A stretch of DNA of 33,250 nucleotides, taken from NCBI GenBank assembly GCA_964487215.1, contig CAZAPU010000003.1, positions 1 to 33,250 on the forward strand, given 5' to 3'. The DNA is from an uncultured Mycoplasma sp. (GTDB lineage Bacteria; Bacillota_I; Bacilli_A; RF39; UBA660). Position 1 is the first letter of the stretch. Each line of letters begins with the position of its first letter. The notes under the pieces were generated by a model. It did no database searches, was not told the origin of the DNA, and saw only the letters and a list, made by a program, of their open reading frames with translations. The position numbers and the translations under genes were made by a program. Below, one piece after another: positions 18,808-27,652 of this stretch.

Positions 18808-20875
18808 AACTTTCTTCCTCCCTATTTAATACAAAACAATGATCATAACTAAAATTATTATTATAAAAATTATCATAAAGTATTTTTTCTTTCCATTTAT
18901 TCACTATGTAAGTAATTTCTTCTATAAATCTTTGTTTTTTATCATCATCTAAATCATTACCTCTACTAAGCGACTCATAATGAATTAATTTCACTTGTGG
19001 TAAAACGACATTATAATATCCTTTTTCCAAAATTTTTATATTTAAATCGACATCATTAAAAGCAACTTTTAAGTTCTGATCCAAACCGTCAACTTCCAAA
19101 AATTTTGATTTTTTTATCATTAAACAAGCTGCTGTTACTGCAGAATAATTATATGGTGCATTTATTCTTCCATAATAACCAAAAGAGTCTTGACCAGTTC
19201 CTACAAATGCATGTGAAGCAACTCCCCCTATTCCTAAAATTACACCACAATGTTGAATTGTATAATTAGGATATAATAATTTTACTCCAACACATCCAAC
19301 ATTATCTTGAATTGCATAACCAATCATTATATCTAACCAATTATCTGTAATAACTTCTATATCGTTATTTAAAAGAACAATATAATCACCATCAGCATTT
19401 TTTATTCCTATATTATTAAGATATGAATAATTAAAATCACATTCCAATCTTATTATTTTAAAATTATCATGCTCAGTCTTATATTTATTTAATAATTTTA
19501 TTGTGTCTTCTTCAACACTTCCATTATCAATAACTATTATCTCATAATTAGAATAAGTTGTCCTTTGATATATTGAATTTAAACACTTATTTAATATTTC
19601 ACTCTTATCTTTAGTTGGAATAATAATTGATATTTTTGGATTCAAAGTTTGTTTAAAATTAATCGAATACATTTCCATATTTTTATTTTCTATTTTTTGA
19701 ATATCTCCAACTAAATTTCTTCTTAATAATGTTTCTTTTAAAATGCTTAAATTATTTTGACATATATTATTAATTATTCGTTCATGATATAAAATCTTTG
19801 GTATATGATAAATATTCGATGTTAATTCAGTATACTTTAAACATAATTCATAATTGTTACTAAAATGTTTTATTTTTTTTAGTATATTTGTACGGTAAAT
19901 AGTTAAATTTGAAATATAATTAAAACTTAATAAAGTGTTTGGTGACCAATCTGGTTTAAAATGAGGATAACAATATTCTAAATTATCATCAATTTTATCA
20001 CAATCCGAATATATTAAATTAACATTTTTATTAGTATTTATTAGTTCAACAATTTTTGCTAATGCTTCTTTCTCTAATAAATCATTTCCATTCATAAAAA
20101 CAACAAATTCTCCATTAATTAACTCAACAATTTTTTCTTGTAAAACATCTTTAAATTGAACTTTATTTTTTTCGAAAGTATTATTAAAATTTTTCTTATT
20201 ACCTAATATAAATATTTCAAAATTCTTATATGTATTTTCCAATATTGAATTTACACAATCCTCTAAATAATCACTATCACTATTATTAATAACAATAGAA
20301 ATTAGTGGATTGTTTTCAAATCTATTATTTATTGAGATTGTTTTTTTATTTTTATTCAACCAATCATTATAATCTTTTTTTATCATAGGATTATAATACA
20401 TTTTATCAACATTATTAATATTATTTTTAAAAGATTTAATATATTGTTTTATTAATCTTGATGGTACTAAAAAATGATGCCTTTCCCACATTAATTTTAT
20501 AACCTTTATTAAAACTTTTGGTATTTTTATAGCTTTTAAAAAAATTAATTTTATTCTATCAAATATTCTAACAAAAATATTATAATTTTTTTCAAATAAT
20601 AATTTTGTTTTATTATCTTCTATATAACTAATACTTACTTTTTTAGTTGTATAAGGGATATCACAGTATAAAGAAAACTTATTATTTTCTCTTTTTAATA
20701 TCTTCTTAAAAACAAAATTCCTATTAATATCATTACTTTCAGAAAATTCAAATATTTGATCATCAGCTCTTAAAATTAATTTTATTTCTTTACTCATAAA
20801 ACCACGAATATAAACTCGTGGATTTTTAATTCCTCCAATAGTAATATCAGTAATTTCCATTTTACTTTTACTCAT
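18794..20875 (-). CDS. Two-domain GT2 paralogue with extra N-terminal domain and a degenerate first GT module
   Basis: 693 aa. The C module (SIIIPTKD, IDNGS, LLNNDIEV) closely resembles that of ORF 2175-3971. The N module is collinear with it but lacks the usual acidic residues (see finding). Confidence 0.8.
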   Translation of the reverse strand: MSKSKMEITDITIGGIKNPRVYIRGFMSKEIKLILRADDQIFEFSESNDINRNFVFKKILKRENNKFSLYCDIPYTTKKVSISYIEDNKTKLLFEKNYNIFVRIFDRIKLIFLKAIKIPKVLIKVIKLMWERHHFLVPSRLIKQYIKSFKNNINNVDKMYYNPMIKKDYNDWLNKNKKTISINNRFENNPLISIVINNSDSDYLEDCVNSILENTYKNFEIFILGNKKNFNNTFEKNKVQFKDVLQEKIVELINGEFVVFMNGNDLLEKEALAKIVELINTNKNVNLIYSDCDKIDDNLEYCYPHFKPDWSPNTLLSFNYISNLTIYRTNILKKIKHFSNNYELCLKYTELTSNIYHIPKILYHERIINNICQNNLSILKETLLRRNLVGDIQKIENKNMEMYSINFKQTLNPKISIIIPTKDKSEILNKCLNSIYQRTTYSNYEIIVIDNGSVEEDTIKLLNKYKTEHDNFKIIRLECDFNYSYLNNIGIKNADGDYIVLLNNDIEVITDNWLDIMIGYAIQDNVGCVGVKLLYPNYTIQHCGVILGIGGVASHAFVGTGQDSFGYYGRINAPYNYSAVTAACLMIKKSKFLEVDGLDQNLKVAFNDVDLNIKILEKGYYNVVLPQVKLIHYESLSRGNDLDDDKKQRFIEEITYIVNKWKEKILYDNFYNNNFSYDHCFVLNREEESYEIK

Positions 20876-20877
20876 TT

Positions 20878-21648
20878 TTATAACTCCTCTGCAAATCTTT
20901 TTTCAAGTTTTTTAAATATCCCATATCCAATAATTACTATAAAAATACATATTCCAAATAAAAGAATTAGATTTTTAAAATTTGGTGCTTGTTGATAATA
21001 TAAAATATCACGATAAGCAGATATTACATGATACATAGGATTTAATTTAAATAATGTTTGTAAATTATTTGGTATCATTGTAGCATTATATAAAACGGGT
21101 GTTGCATAAAACCACAACATTAACAAAACATTCATAAAATGTTCTAAATCTCTTATATATACAGTTATAGCTGATACTATTAAAGATAATCCAATTAATA
21201 ATAAATATTGAAGAATTAATATTAATGGAAAATATAATGCATACCAAGATAAACCTATTCCACTTATAAATAAAGCTAATAAAACTATAATACAAGATAT
21301 AAAGAAATTAAGTAAATTACTTGTTACTACTGATATAGGTAGTATTTCTCTTGGAAAATATATTTTTTTAATTATTCCTGCATTTGTTACAATAGAAGCA
21401 TTACTTTGTAAAATAGTGTTTGAAAAGAAATTCCAAGGAATAAGTCCTACGATTAAAAAAATTGTATAATTAGAAATACTTGGATCTCTTACTAAAAATG
21501 AAAAAACAACTGAATAAACAACTATTTGAAGTAATGGATTCAAAAATGACCATAATACACCAAGCACTGACTTCTTATATTTACCTCTAAATTCTTTAAA
21601 TACAGAGGTTTTAAAAAATTCTCGATATTTATATAAATTACTAAACAT
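20878..21648 (-). CDS. ABC-2 type polysaccharide export permease (Wzm/TagG/RgpC-like)
   Basis: N-terminus LYKYREFFKTSVFKEFRGKYKKSVLGVLWSFLNPLLQ is typical of the family, and there are 6 TM helices. I prefer ATG 21648, 8 nt after AAGGAG, over GTG 21657. Confidence 0.9.
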   Translation of the reverse strand: MFSNLYKYREFFKTSVFKEFRGKYKKSVLGVLWSFLNPLLQIVVYSVVFSFLVRDPSISNYTIFLIVGLIPWNFFSNTILQSNASIVTNAGIIKKIYFPREILPISVVTSNLLNFFISCIIVLLALFISGIGLSWYALYFPLILILQYLLLIGLSLIVSAITVYIRDLEHFMNVLLMLWFYATPVLYNATMIPNNLQTLFKLNPMYHVISAYRDILYYQQAPNFKNLILLFGICIFIVIIGYGIFKKLEKRFAEEL

Positions 21649-21660
21649 AACCTTCACTCC

Positions 21661-22395
21661 TTAATTACAACAGTTTAAATATTTTTCAATAACTTCATCT
21701 GTTTTTCCATCTAATTCTATTTTTCCTTCTTTTAGCCAAATACTTCTATCACACAAGAATTTTACAGCATCCATATTATGACTTACAAAAATCATAGTTT
21801 TACCTTGATTTTTGAGTTCTTTCATCTTTTGCATACATTTTTCTTGAAAATGTTGATCACCTACTGCTAATATTTCATCAATAAGTAAAATATCAGCATT
21901 TACATTTATTGCTACAGAAAAAGCAAGTCTCATATACATTCCTGAAGAATAAGTTCTTATGGGATTATCAATAAAATCTTTCAGTTCTGAAAATTCGATA
22001 ATATCATCAATTCTTTCATTTATTTCTTTTCTAGTTAAACCAAAAATTGAAGCATTAAAATATATATTTTCTCTACCAGAAAAATCCGGATGAAATCCAG
22101 CCCCAAGTTCTAGTAAAGATGCGATCTTACCAGTGGTTTTTATACTTCCTTTATTAGGAAAAATGATTTTAGTAATCAATTTTAAAACTGTAGATTTGCC
22201 ACTACCATTAACACCAATCAATGCTACTGTTTCTCCTTTATTAATTATTAAATTAATGTTTTTAAGAACTTCTCTTACTTCTTTATTGCCTCTCTTCCAA
22301 AAAATAAGTCGTTCTTTTAAAGTATTTGCCCTATCATAATAAACATTAAAAAATTTATATAAATTTTTTATTACTACAGCATTTTCATTTTTCAT
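21661..22395 (-). CDS. ABC polysaccharide export ATPase (Wzt/TagH/RgpD-like), short form without C-terminal carbohydrate-binding domain
   Basis: Walker A GVNGSGKST, signature YSSGMYMRLAF, Walker B ILLIDEILAVGD, H-loop FVSHN. ATG 22395 preceded by GAGGTG. Confidence 0.92.
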   Translation of the reverse strand: MKNENAVVIKNLYKFFNVYYDRANTLKERLIFWKRGNKEVREVLKNINLIINKGETVALIGVNGSGKSTVLKLITKIIFPNKGSIKTTGKIASLLELGAGFHPDFSGRENIYFNASIFGLTRKEINERIDDIIEFSELKDFIDNPIRTYSSGMYMRLAFSVAINVNADILLIDEILAVGDQHFQEKCMQKMKELKNQGKTMIFVSHNMDAVKFLCDRSIWLKEGKIELDGKTDEVIEKYLNCCN

Positions 22396-22428
22396 ATTAA
22401 ACACCTCATTACAACTTTATTTAAATCT

Positions 22429-22437
22429 ATTATAACA
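22429..22437 (-). promoter_or_regulatory. Candidate extended -10 promoter element for the wzt-led operon
   Basis: TGTTATAAT on the minus strand, about 35 nt upstream of the wzt start. No good -35 element. Confidence 0.35.
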
Positions 22438-22494
22438 TGTATAATTAGTATTCTGCTATTAAAAAAGCAAAAATTATTCGAAACTATTTCGGTA

Positions 22495-22525
22495 TTTACA
22501 ATTTTAGAATTTTTTATGTTATAAT
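22495..22525 (+). promoter_or_regulatory. Candidate sigma-A promoter for the pyruvyl transferase gene
   Basis: TTTACA (22495-22500), 19-nt spacer containing TG, TATAAT (22520-22525), so the extended -10 reads TGTTATAAT. AGGAG SD and ATG at 22549. Confidence 0.45.
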
Positions 22526-22548
22526 AAATCTATTAAAGGAGATGTCTT

Positions 22549-23859
22549 ATGAAATATAATATAGCCTTAGTGGGTACTTTTGATGTAGAAAATTTTGGTG
22601 ATTTATTATTTCCAAATGTTTTTGAGCATTATTCAAAAGATTTTGTAAATAATTTATATTTATTTTCACCTAATGGTAAAGGACCAAAGCCGTTTGAACC
22701 AAATACTCATGTGTTTGCTATTTCAGAATTAGAAGAGTTCTGTAAAAGCAAAAAAATTCAAGCTATCATTATTGGTGGAGGAGACATAATAAGGATAGAT
22801 ACTGCGATTGCACAAGATTATACTTCAACCGTTGAAGCATCATTAGATTTATTTATAACTCCTATTTTAATTGGAACAAAATATAATCTTCCAGTTTTAT
22901 TTAATACTCCTGGAATTCCCTTTGAGTTTGATTCAAAAGAAGTAATTATCGGATTACTTTTAAATAGAGTAAGATATTTATCAATCAGAGATAGATATTC
23001 ATATAATAATTTACCACAAATAAACAAAGAAAGTGCAATACTTGTTCCAAATACAGTAATTGGCATAAAAGAAACAATTAATAATTTAGAAATATCAGAA
23101 ATATTTAAAAATATTAGTAGTAAAATAAATATCAAAGAAAAAAAATATATTGTTGTACAATTAAACAATTCTACTGTCATTAATGATATCATGCTAAATG
23201 AAATATATATAAAACTAATTCAATTAGAAAAAATGTATCAAATTGTGTTGTTGCCTATTGGCTATGTTCATAATGACAACATAAAATTAAATCAACTAAA
23301 GACAATGGGAAATAATAATTTTATTGTTTTTAAAAATAAACTATCACCAATAGAAATGATTGCTATTCTTTCAAATGCAAAATTTTATGTTGGTACTAGT
23401 ATGCATGGTGCTGTTGTGTCATATGCATATAATGTTAATTTTGCTATTTTTAATTTTAATAATCTTACAAAAATAAATGGATTTGCAAATATTATAAAAG
23501 AAAAAAATGTATTAATAAACAACATAAATGATCTCGACATAATAGATAATCTAATAAAACAATCAGAAGATAATAAAAAAAGAATGATAACAAGAAAACA
23601 AATTACAAAAACAATAAAAAATCATTTTATTACAATAAATAATTCTATTAATGATTTCTATAATGGTGTAAGTACCAATACTTTTAATATTAAAACCGCT
23701 AAGCAAGGACTTGTATATATTTTTTCAAATATTGATAATCAAAACAATAAAATTGAACAACTCAAAAAAAAGTTAGAAATAATTGAAAATTCTCGCTCAT
23801 ATAAGATAGCAAGAAAAATATCAAAAATATTAGGAACAATAAGAAAAAGAAAAGACTAA
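22549..23859 (+). CDS. Polysaccharide pyruvyl transferase family protein with C-terminal coiled-coil/basic extension
   Basis: 436 aa. N-terminus IALVGTFDVENFGDLLFP is typical of PS_pyruv_trans proteins (CsaB/WcaK-like). The last ~90 aa are low-complexity with a heptad-like stretch. Confidence 0.7.
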   Translation: MKYNIALVGTFDVENFGDLLFPNVFEHYSKDFVNNLYLFSPNGKGPKPFEPNTHVFAISELEEFCKSKKIQAIIIGGGDIIRIDTAIAQDYTSTVEASLDLFITPILIGTKYNLPVLFNTPGIPFEFDSKEVIIGLLLNRVRYLSIRDRYSYNNLPQINKESAILVPNTVIGIKETINNLEISEIFKNISSKINIKEKKYIVVQLNNSTVINDIMLNEIYIKLIQLEKMYQIVLLPIGYVHNDNIKLNQLKTMGNNNFIVFKNKLSPIEMIAILSNAKFYVGTSMHGAVVSYAYNVNFAIFNFNNLTKINGFANIIKEKNVLINNINDLDIIDNLIKQSEDNKKRMITRKQITKTIKNHFITINNSINDFYNGVSTNTFNIKTAKQGLVYIFSNIDNQNNKIEQLKKKLEIIENSRSYKIARKISKILGTIRKRKD

Positions 23860-23880
23860 TTTTAGTCTTTTCTTTTTCTT
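23841..23880. terminator. 40-bp palindrome spanning both convergent stop codons (possible bidirectional terminator)
   Basis: 19-bp perfect arms AAGAAAAAGAAAAGACTAA / TTAGTCTTTTCTTTTTCTT around TT. Both ORFs end ...RKRKD-stop within the arms. Confidence 0.45.
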
Positions 23881-24878
23881 GTATAAGCTTCTTGATATTT
23901 TTTTGTTTTAATATCTTCTATCCAATTTTGATTATTTACATACCAATTAATTGTTTCTTTTATGCCATCTTCAAAATTATATGTACGATTCCAACCAAGT
24001 TCTTGTTCTACTTTGCTTGAATCAATTGCATATCTTAAATCATGACCTGGTCTATCAGTTACATATGTTATTAAACTTTCTGGTTTATCTAATTGTTTCA
24101 AAATTGTTTTTACAACTTCAAGGTTTGTTCTCTCAGAATGTCCACCTAAATTATAAACTTCTCCTACTTTTCCATAATGCAAAATATTATCTACACCAAT
24201 ATTATGATCATGAACATGAATCCAATCTCTTACATTTTCACCTTTACCATAAACTGGTATTGACTCATTATTTAATGCCTTAGAGATTACTACAGGTATA
24301 AGTTTTTCTGGAAATTGATATGGTCCATAATTATTTGAACATCTTGAAATTGTAGCAGGTAATTTAAATGTTCTATTATAAGCTTGAACAAGTAAATCTG
24401 CACTTGCTTTAGATGCTGAATAAGGACTTGATGTATGAATTGGATTATCTTCGGTAAATAATAAGTCAGGTCTGTCAAGTGGCAAATCACCATAAACTTC
24501 ATCTGTTGATACTTGATGATATCTTTTGACATCATATTTACGACAAGCATCCATTAATACTTGAGTACCAATAATATTTGTAGTTAAAAATATACCTGGA
24601 TTTTTAATTGAATTATCAACATGTGATTCTGCCGCAAAATTAACTACCCAATCAAATTTTTCTTTTGAAAATAAATCATCTACAAATTCTCTATCAGTTA
24701 TATCTCCTTTTACGAATTTAAAATTATCTTTTTCTTCAATAGGTTTTAAATTATTGTAATTTCCTGCATAAGTTAAAGCATCTAAACAAACAAAATTATA
24801 TTCTGGATACTTTTCTACCATATAATGTAAAAAATTACTTCCAATAAAACCTGCTCCACCAGTTACTAATATTTTCAT
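23862..24878 (-). CDS. rmlB: dTDP-glucose 4,6-dehydratase
   Basis: 338 aa. VTGGAGFIGSNF, HQVSTDEVYG and YSASKASADLL motifs. Collinear with RmlB/RfbB. Confidence 0.95.
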   Translation of the reverse strand: MKILVTGGAGFIGSNFLHYMVEKYPEYNFVCLDALTYAGNYNNLKPIEEKDNFKFVKGDITDREFVDDLFSKEKFDWVVNFAAESHVDNSIKNPGIFLTTNIIGTQVLMDACRKYDVKRYHQVSTDEVYGDLPLDRPDLLFTEDNPIHTSSPYSASKASADLLVQAYNRTFKLPATISRCSNNYGPYQFPEKLIPVVISKALNNESIPVYGKGENVRDWIHVHDHNIGVDNILHYGKVGEVYNLGGHSERTNLEVVKTILKQLDKPESLITYVTDRPGHDLRYAIDSSKVEQELGWNRTYNFEDGIKETINWYVNNQNWIEDIKTKKYQEAYTRKRKD

Positions 24879-24885
24879 ATTACTC

Positions 24886-26301
24886 CTACTTTCTAACCCT
24901 AACTTTTTCTTTTTCTAATTCTTCACTATATCTATTAACAGCATCTTGCCATGTTGGTAATCTATCAAAATCATCATCATCTAAACATACTTTATTTAGT
25001 TTTGAATTTAATGGTCTTATAGCCTTTGTTGGATAATCTTTTGTTAAAATATAATTAACTTTTACATCTTTATTATTTGCTTTAAATATATAATCTGCAA
25101 ACTCAGCCCAATTACAATAGCCCTCATTATTAGCATGATAAACACCATATTTATCAGTATCCATCATATCAACTAATAATTTTGCTAAATCAACAGTATA
25201 AGTGGGACTTCCATATTGATCAGATACAACATTTATTTCTTTTTTTGTTTCTGCTAAATTTAGCATTGTTTTTACAAAGTTTTTTCCGTTAATTCCAAAT
25301 ACCCAAGATGTTCTAACTATAAAACTTTTAGGATTTTTCTTTGCTTCTTGTTCACCAAGATATTTTGTTTTTCCATAAACACTCTGAGGATTAGTTTTAT
25401 CATAAACATCATAAGTACCCTTTTTAGTACCATCAAAAACATAATCAGTGCTAATATAAATAAGTTTTGAATTAGTTTTTAATGATGCTTCACTAATATT
25501 TTTAGTTCCTACCACATTGACATTATAACATGCTTCATAATTGTCCTCAGCACCATCAACATTAGTCCAAGCCGCACAATGGAAAACACAGTCTGGCTTA
25601 TAATCATTAAATACTTTATCTACTGCTTCTTTATCTGTAATATTTAAATCTTCAATATCTAAATTTAAAATATCATAAATTCCTCTTTTATTTAACTCTC
25701 TAATTAAATCATATCCAAGTTGTCCTTTACATCCAGTTATTAGATATCTTTTATGACAATAGAAGTTAGCATCACTATCTTTAAGCAACGGATGAACTTG
25801 ATCTTTAGAAGATAATACAGGCTCAGTAGTATCCCAATCTATATTCAAATTTGGATCACTATATAGGATTCCACCATCATGAGCCTTTGAATAATAATTA
25901 TCAGCTTTATATTGAATTTCAGTTCCTTCTACTAATGATTCAAAACCATGAGCAAATCCTCTTGGTACTACTAATTGTCTTTTATTTTCTGCTGTAAGTA
26001 AAACTTTAATCCATTTCCCATATGATGGTGAATCTTTTCTCATATCAACAACTACATCATTTAATGCACCTTTTGTACATCTAACAATTTTTGCTTGACA
26101 CATAGGATCCTTTTGAAAATGTAATCCCCTAATAATACCTACATCACTACATGATTGATTATCTTGAACAAAGTCAAAATTAAGTCCATTCTTACTATAA
26201 GTTTTTTTATTATAACTTTCCATAAACCAACCACGATTATCTCCATAACAATCTGGTTCTAAAATATAACAATCTTTTAATTCAGTTTCAATTTTTTTCA
26301 T
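24886..26301 (-). CDS. rmlC-rmlD: Fused dTDP-4-dehydrorhamnose 3,5-epimerase / dTDP-4-dehydrorhamnose reductase
   Basis: 471 aa. Residues about 1-180 are the RmlC cupin ([23 protein letters not shown]). Residues about 184-471 are RmlD ([28 protein letters not shown]). One uninterrupted frame. Confidence 0.9.
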   Translation of the reverse strand: MKKIETELKDCYILEPDCYGDNRGWFMESYNKKTYSKNGLNFDFVQDNQSCSDVGIIRGLHFQKDPMCQAKIVRCTKGALNDVVVDMRKDSPSYGKWIKVLLTAENKRQLVVPRGFAHGFESLVEGTEIQYKADNYYSKAHDGGILYSDPNLNIDWDTTEPVLSSKDQVHPLLKDSDANFYCHKRYLITGCKGQLGYDLIRELNKRGIYDILNLDIEDLNITDKEAVDKVFNDYKPDCVFHCAAWTNVDGAEDNYEACYNVNVVGTKNISEASLKTNSKLIYISTDYVFDGTKKGTYDVYDKTNPQSVYGKTKYLGEQEAKKNPKSFIVRTSWVFGINGKNFVKTMLNLAETKKEINVVSDQYGSPTYTVDLAKLLVDMMDTDKYGVYHANNEGYCNWAEFADYIFKANNKDVKVNYILTKDYPTKAIRPLNSKLNKVCLDDDDFDRLPTWQDAVNRYSEELEKEKVRVRK

Positions 26302-27185
26302 CTTTTTCTTCCTCTTTGTAGTACTTTATTTAAATATCTACCATATTCATTTTTATTGTTAATTATTTCCGCTGCTTCTTCCAAACCTTCTTCACTTAAC
26401 CATCCCTGATCAAATCCAATTTGTTCAGGACAACAAATTATTTTTCCAGTATTTTCTTGAATAGCTTTTATCATATTTGAAGCTGCTAAATTACTTTCAG
26501 CAGTGCCTGTATCAAACCAAGTATAACCTCCACCTAAAAGTTCAGCTGTTAAATTTCCATTTTTTAAATACATATCGTTTAAAGTTGTAATTTCTAATTC
26601 ACCCCTAGCAGATGGTTTTACAAGTTTTGCAATTTCACTTACACCTTTTGGATAAAAATACAAACCAGTTATAGCAAAATCAGATTTTGGTTGTTTTGGT
26701 TTTTCTTCAACAGATAAAACTTTATTATTCTCATTTATTTCCATTACACCAAATCTTTCTGGATCTTTAACTTTATATCCAAAAATAGTTGCCTGATTTT
26801 GATCAGCCTTTTTTCTTGCAGATTGCAATAATTCAGTAAATTCATTTCCATAAAAAATATTATCACCTAATACCATTGCACTAGTATCATTTCCTATAAA
26901 ATCTTCCCCAAGTAAAAATGCTTGAGCAAGTCCATCTGGTGATGGTTGTACAATATAAGATAAATTTATACCATATCTTTTTCCATCCCCTAATAATCTT
27001 TTAAATTCATCTTGATTATCTTTTGTTGTAATAACTAAAATATCCTTTATCCCTGCTAACATCAATGTTGATAATGGATAATAAATCATAGGCTTATCAA
27101 AAATTGGTATTGATTGCTTACTGATTCCCATAGTCATAGGATAAAGTCTAGTGCCAGAACCTCCAGCTAAAATAATTCCTTTCAT
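26298..27185 (-). CDS. rmlA: Glucose-1-phosphate thymidylyltransferase
   Basis: [26 protein letters not shown] and VLGDNIFYG motifs. ATG 27185 after AGGAGG. ATGA overlap with rmlC-rmlD. Confidence 0.95.
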   Translation of the reverse strand: MKGIILAGGSGTRLYPMTMGISKQSIPIFDKPMIYYPLSTLMLAGIKDILVITTKDNQDEFKRLLGDGKRYGINLSYIVQPSPDGLAQAFLLGEDFIGNDTSAMVLGDNIFYGNEFTELLQSARKKADQNQATIFGYKVKDPERFGVMEINENNKVLSVEEKPKQPKSDFAITGLYFYPKGVSEIAKLVKPSARGELEITTLNDMYLKNGNLTAELLGGGYTWFDTGTAESNLAASNMIKAIQENTGKIICCPEQIGFDQGWLSEEGLEEAAEIINNKNEYGRYLNKVLQRGRKR

Positions 27186-27208
27186 CAAAAAAAACCTCCT
27201 ATGTTTTT

Positions 27209-27238
27209 AGTATAACATAAGAGATTGAAATTTAGCAA
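27209..27238 (-). promoter_or_regulatory. Candidate sigma-A promoter for the rml operon
   Basis: On the minus strand: TTGCTA, 18-nt spacer, extended -10 TGTTATACT. Confidence 0.4.
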
Positions 27239-27252
27239 TTATTTAAATAAAA

Positions 27253-27651
27253 TTAATGATTATCAACAATAATATCACTTATTTTAGTATATAAAAGTCT
27301 TAGTTTAGTTTTATCTTCAGCAGATAATTGTCTAAATTTTAAATTTAAAGGATAACCACTATCCAAATAAATAATTAATTCACCATCACTACCATTAAAT
27401 AAAACAGCAATTGTTGATACGGAAGTTAAAGGTACAGTATGAATCTGTTTTTGTCCAGAAAATGGTTTTACATCAAAAAGAAGAATTTTTTTATCAGTAA
27501 ATACACCTCTATCACATCTTGTTGAATAACAAGCAAAAATTTCTTCCTTTGGGCTAATATAATCAGTTACATATTTTGGTAAATCATCTTTTGACAATTC
27601 CTTATAAAAATAAAAATACTTTGTTATTTCCTTATATTTAATATATGCCAT
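27253..27651 (-). CDS. Small cytoplasmic protein, bacterial PH-domain-like (YokE-like), function unknown
   Basis: 132 aa. The pattern FACYSTRCDRGVFTDKKILLFD...VPLTSVSTIAV resembles bPH-type domains. Weak assignment from memory. Confidence 0.45.
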   Translation of the reverse strand: MAYIKYKEITKYFYFYKELSKDDLPKYVTDYISPKEEIFACYSTRCDRGVFTDKKILLFDVKPFSGQKQIHTVPLTSVSTIAVLFNGSDGELIIYLDSGYPLNLKFRQLSAEDKTKLRLLYTKISDIIVDNH

Positions 27652-27652
27652 A

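Noticed and set aside
21086-22339. 69-aa (-) and 68-aa (+) ORFs within the wzm and wzt genes.
   Set aside because: They are alternative-frame or antisense ORFs inside strongly supported ABC transporter genes.
22818-24550. ORFs 22818-23192 (-), 23951-24283 (+) and 24290-24550 (-).
   Set aside because: They sit within the pyruvyl transferase and rmlB coding regions, in other frames or on the other strand. No motifs support them.
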